A stretch of 64,000 nt of DNA from an uncultured Verrucomicrobiae bacterium. GTDB lineage: Bacteria > Verrucomicrobiota > Verrucomicrobiia > Palsa-1439. The position numbers and the translations under genes are program-made. The DNA is taken from positions 1 through 64,000 of the forward strand of contig CAWEWF010000011.1 in assembly GCA_963812605.1 (NCBI GenBank), given 5' to 3'. The notes under the pieces were generated by a model that ran no database searches, was not told the DNA's origin, and was given only the letters and a program-made list of their open reading frames with translations. Positions within the stretch are counted from its first letter, which is position 1. Every line of letters begins with the position of its first letter. Shown here in pieces: positions 60,864 through 64,000 of this stretch.

Positions 60864-62372
60864 TCATATTGAATGATTTGCCCGATATTCGCCGAATGTT
60901 GCCCGCAACACTTTGCAGATTTCGCCGACCGTGATGTAGTTGCGCACGCAGTCTACGACGATCGGCATCAGGTTTTCCGAACCCTTTGCTGCTTTTTCGA
61001 GGGTTGCGAGGCATTTGCCGACTTTGGCGGCGTTGCGTTTCTTGCGCAGCGCGGCCAGGTCGCGACGGCGGCGCGGCTCCAATTGCGGATCGATCTTTTG
61101 CCTTTGAATCTTCAGCACCTTGTCGCTGACGCATTCGTTGACGCCGACAATGATCTTCTCTTTGCGCTCGACGGCCTTCTGGTGTTCGTACGCGGCGTGA
61201 TAGATTTCCTTGTAAACGTAGCCACTCTCGATGGCCTTGAGCATCCCGCCCATGTTGTCGATTTTATTCAGGTATTCGCGGGCCTCTTGGGCGAGTTGGT
61301 CGGTGAGCGATTCGATATAAGGACTGCCGCCGAGCGGGTCGGGTTCGGTCGTCACGCCCGACTCGTAGGCGATGATTTGTTGGGTGCGCAACGCGAGCAA
61401 TGCGGATTCCTCGGTCGGCAGGGCAATCGCTTCGTCCTTGGCGTTGGTGTGCAGGCTTTGCGTGCCGCCGAGCACAGCCGCGAGCGCTTCGAGGGTGGTG
61501 CGGACGACATTGTTGTCGGGTTGCTGGGCAGTGAGCGTCGAGCCGGCGGTTTGCGTGTGGAAACGCAACATCATCGAGCGTTCATGCTTTGCGCCAAAGC
61601 GGTCGCGCATGATGTGCGCCCAGAGCCGGCGCGCCGCGCGGAACTTCGCGATCTCCTCGAAGAAATTACTGTGGCAGTTGAAGAAAAATGCAAGACGTGG
61701 GGCGAAGTCGTCGACGTTCAGGCCACGCTCGACACAGGTCTGCACATAGGTGATGCCGTCGGCCAGCGTGAAGGCGATTTCCTGGGCGGCGGTGCAGCCG
61801 GCTTCACGCATGTGATAGCCGCCGACGCTGATGGTGTTCCAGCCCGGCACTTCCTTTGCGCAGAATTCCACAATGTCGGCAATCAGGCGCAGGGAAGGTT
61901 TTGGCGGAAAAATGTAGGTGCCGCGCGCGATGTATTCCTTGAGAATGTCATTTTGTACAGTGCCCGAAACTTTGGCCCACGGGACGCGTTGCTTCTCGGC
62001 GACAGCGAGGTAGAGCGCCAACAAGATGCCAGCGGTCGCATTGATTGTCATCGACGTGCTGACCTTGTCGAGCGGGATGCCGGTGAAAACCTGTTCCATG
62101 TCCGCCAGTGACGAGATTGCGACGCCGACGCGACCGACTTCGCCAAGGGCCATCGCATCGTCGCTGTCGTACCCGATCTGCGTCGGCAAATCGAACGCCA
62201 TCGAAAGACCGGTCTGGCCCTGCCCGAGCAGATAGCGGTACCGCTGATTCGTTTCCTTTGCGGTGCCGAAGCCCGCATACTGGCGCATCGTCCAGAGCTT
62301 CCCGCGATACATCGAAGCGTGGATCCCGCGCGTGAAGGGGAATTTGCCGGGTTGTTCGAGTGGCTCAGTCAT
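60864..62372 (-). CDS. methylmalonyl-CoA mutase large (substrate-binding) subunit
   Basis: [10 protein letters not shown] (Tyr typical of methylmalonyl-CoA specificity), [17 protein letters not shown]. Confidence 0.92.
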   Translation of the reverse strand: MTEPLEQPGKFPFTRGIHASMYRGKLWTMRQYAGFGTAKETNQRYRYLLGQGQTGLSMAFDLPTQIGYDSDDAMALGEVGRVGVAISSLADMEQVFTGIPLDKVSTSMTINATAGILLALYLAVAEKQRVPWAKVSGTVQNDILKEYIARGTYIFPPKPSLRLIADIVEFCAKEVPGWNTISVGGYHMREAGCTAAQEIAFTLADGITYVQTCVERGLNVDDFAPRLAFFFNCHSNFFEEIAKFRAARRLWAHIMRDRFGAKHERSMMLRFHTQTAGSTLTAQQPDNNVVRTTLEALAAVLGGTQSLHTNAKDEAIALPTEESALLALRTQQIIAYESGVTTEPDPLGGSPYIESLTDQLAQEAREYLNKIDNMGGMLKAIESGYVYKEIYHAAYEHQKAVERKEKIIVGVNECVSDKVLKIQRQKIDPQLEPRRRRDLAALRKKRNAAKVGKCLATLEKAAKGSENLMPIVVDCVRNYITVGEICKVLRATFGEYRANHSI

Positions 62373-62769
62373 GCGGCTCGCAAAGTTCGACAAGCACGCC
62401 GTGGGCGGACTTTGGGTGGAGGAAGGCGATCTTGGCGCCACCGGCGCCGGTGCGTGGCTGTTCGTCGATGAGGCTGACGTTGGCGCTTTTCAGATTCTTC
62501 AGTTGCTCGGCGAGGTGGTCGGTTTGAAGGGTCAGGTGATGCAAACCTTCGCCGCGTTTATCGAGGAATTTCTGGATGGGGCTGTCGGGCGAGGTGGGTT
62601 CGAGCAATTCAATGGTACTTTCGCCTGACTTCAGGATCGCAACGCGGACTTTCTGCTCGGGCACTTCCTCGATGTGCGAGAGTTTCAGGCCGAGCGCATC
62701 GACCCAGAATTTTTTGGCCTCGTCGATGCTCTTGACTGCGATGCCGATGTGGTCGATGCCGTTAATCAT
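62365..62769 (-). CDS. mce: methylmalonyl-CoA epimerase
   Basis: [32 protein letters not shown]. Confidence 0.93.
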   Translation of the reverse strand: MINGIDHIGIAVKSIDEAKKFWVDALGLKLSHIEEVPEQKVRVAILKSGESTIELLEPTSPDSPIQKFLDKRGEGLHHLTLQTDHLAEQLKNLKSANVSLIDEQPRTGAGGAKIAFLHPKSAHGVLVELCEPHD

Positions 62770-62889
62770 AAGACACCGTGTTTATATGGTAGCTGCGGCT
62801 GGAGAGGCAAAGCGGTGACGAGTCACCGCACTCCAAAAAGGAACGACAGAGATGCCTCGACAGGCTCGGCATGACAAGGATTTGCTGGA

Positions 62890-64000
62890 TCATACTGCGC
62901 CTGCCTTTTTCAAACCGGCGATGTCGTCATCTTTGTAGCCGAGATCGCGCAGAACTTCCGTCGTGTGCTGCCCGAGCAACGGCGGTGCGTCACCCGCGTC
63001 GCCGGGGGTCGCGGACAACTTCACGGGCACGCCGGTCATCTTCACCGACTTGAGTTTTGCGTGCGGACGCTCGACGACCATGTCGCGAGCGCGCACCTGC
63101 GGGTGCTCGAGCACTTCGGAGACGGAATAGATGGGGCCGCAGGGGATGCCGTTCTTTTCCAGCAACGCGAGCCATTCCTCGGCGGTCTTCTGCGCAAAAA
63201 TCTTTTCCAGCACGGGGTACAACTCGGTATGATTCTCGACGCGCTTCGGATTGGTGGCGAATTTCTCGTGCGTCTTCAAGTCCGGCCGTCCGATGGCCTC
63301 GCAAAACTGTTGCCAGAGACGGTCGTTGCCGGCGGCGAGGTTGAACCAGCGGTCGCTGGCCTTGAAGGTCTCGTAGGGCACGATGGTGGGATGCTGGTTT
63401 CCTTTGCGCGTCGGCGATTTGCCGGTGCCGAAATAAATACCGGCTTGATAGGTGAGGAACGAGACCTGTCCATCGAGCAGCGACACATCGACTTTTTGTC
63501 CGCGGCCCGTGCGCTGGCGGACCTGCAAGGCGAGGAGGATGCCGAGTGTCGCGTAGAGGCCGGCGGTGATGTCGGCCAGCGACGTGCCCGTTTTGAAGGG
63601 CGGACCGTTTGGTTCGCCCGTGAGGCTCATGATGCCACCTTGTCCCTGGATCGAGAGATCGTAGCCGGGGCGATCAGCCCAGGGACCGGTATGACCATAA
63701 CCAGTGACCGAGGCATAAATAATTTTCGGATTGAGTTTCACGACTTCGTCATAGCCGAAGCCGATGCTCGGCAGGAAGTCGCGGCGAAAATTTTCCACCA
63801 ACACATCCGACTGTTGGATGAGCTTCTTCAGGATTTCGCGGGCCTCGGGTGTCTTGAGATTGAGCGTCAGGGATTTCTTGCCGCGATTGATGCTGAGGAA
63901 GTAGACGCTTTCGCCTTCGAGGAACGGCGGGCCGTAGGCGCGCGTGTCGTCACCCTTGTCGGGATTTTCTACTTTGATAATTTCCGCGCCGAAATCGCTC
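62890..64000 (-). CDS. CaiB/BaiF family III CoA transferase (5' end outside the window)
   Basis: GAEIIKVE, NRGKKS, DVLVENFR, PGYD, PLLGQHT. Confidence 0.92.
   Translation of the reverse strand, partial: SDFGAEIIKVENPDKGDDTRAYGPPFLEGESVYFLSINRGKKSLTLNLKTPEAREILKKLIQQSDVLVENFRRDFLPSIGFGYDEVVKLNPKIIYASVTGYGHTGPWADRPGYDLSIQGQGGIMSLTGEPNGPPFKTGTSLADITAGLYATLGILLALQVRQRTGRGQKVDVSLLDGQVSFLTYQAGIYFGTGKSPTRKGNQHPTIVPYETFKASDRWFNLAAGNDRLWQQFCEAIGRPDLKTHEKFATNPKRVENHTELYPVLEKIFAQKTAEEWLALLEKNGIPCGPIYSVSEVLEHPQVRARDMVVERPHAKLKSVKMTGVPVKLSATPGDAGDAPPLLGQHTTEVLRDLGYKDDDIAGLKKAGAV

Overview
GC-rich bacterial chromosome segment, probably Verrucomicrobiota (inferred from protein style and a C-terminal sorting-type motif). 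Left part (964-25813): a co-oriented ~25 kb virion-morphogenesis operon with a Mu-like head (gp25/26/27-like genes, gpA-type terminase, DUF935 portal, Mu I-type protease, capsid, gp36, gpG, gp37) and a short non-contractile tail with an RcGTA-like tip (short tape measure, BR0599/DUF2163 hub, NlpC/P60, large tail protein). I see no integrase, Mu transposase, repressor, replication gene or clear endolysin. The operon is bracketed by a 13-bp direct repeat, preceded by a tandem 9-mer array, and carries about 17 REP-like GT(A/G)G hairpins inside open reading frames. It is a candidate domesticated, gene-transfer-agent-like system. It is followed by a complete IS1595-family transposon (26-bp IRs, 8-bp target duplication). 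Right part is host DNA: nrdJ with NrdR boxes, glnS (also with in-frame REPs), zeta-like kinase pair, padR with three palindromes, esterase, GH31, and a reductive pyrimidine degradation gene set linked to CoA transferase, methylmalonyl-CoA epimerase, mutase and MeaB. Scattered single-base frameshifts, many at homopolymers, look like long-read assembly errors. All family assignments come from motif recognition by eye, not from database searches.
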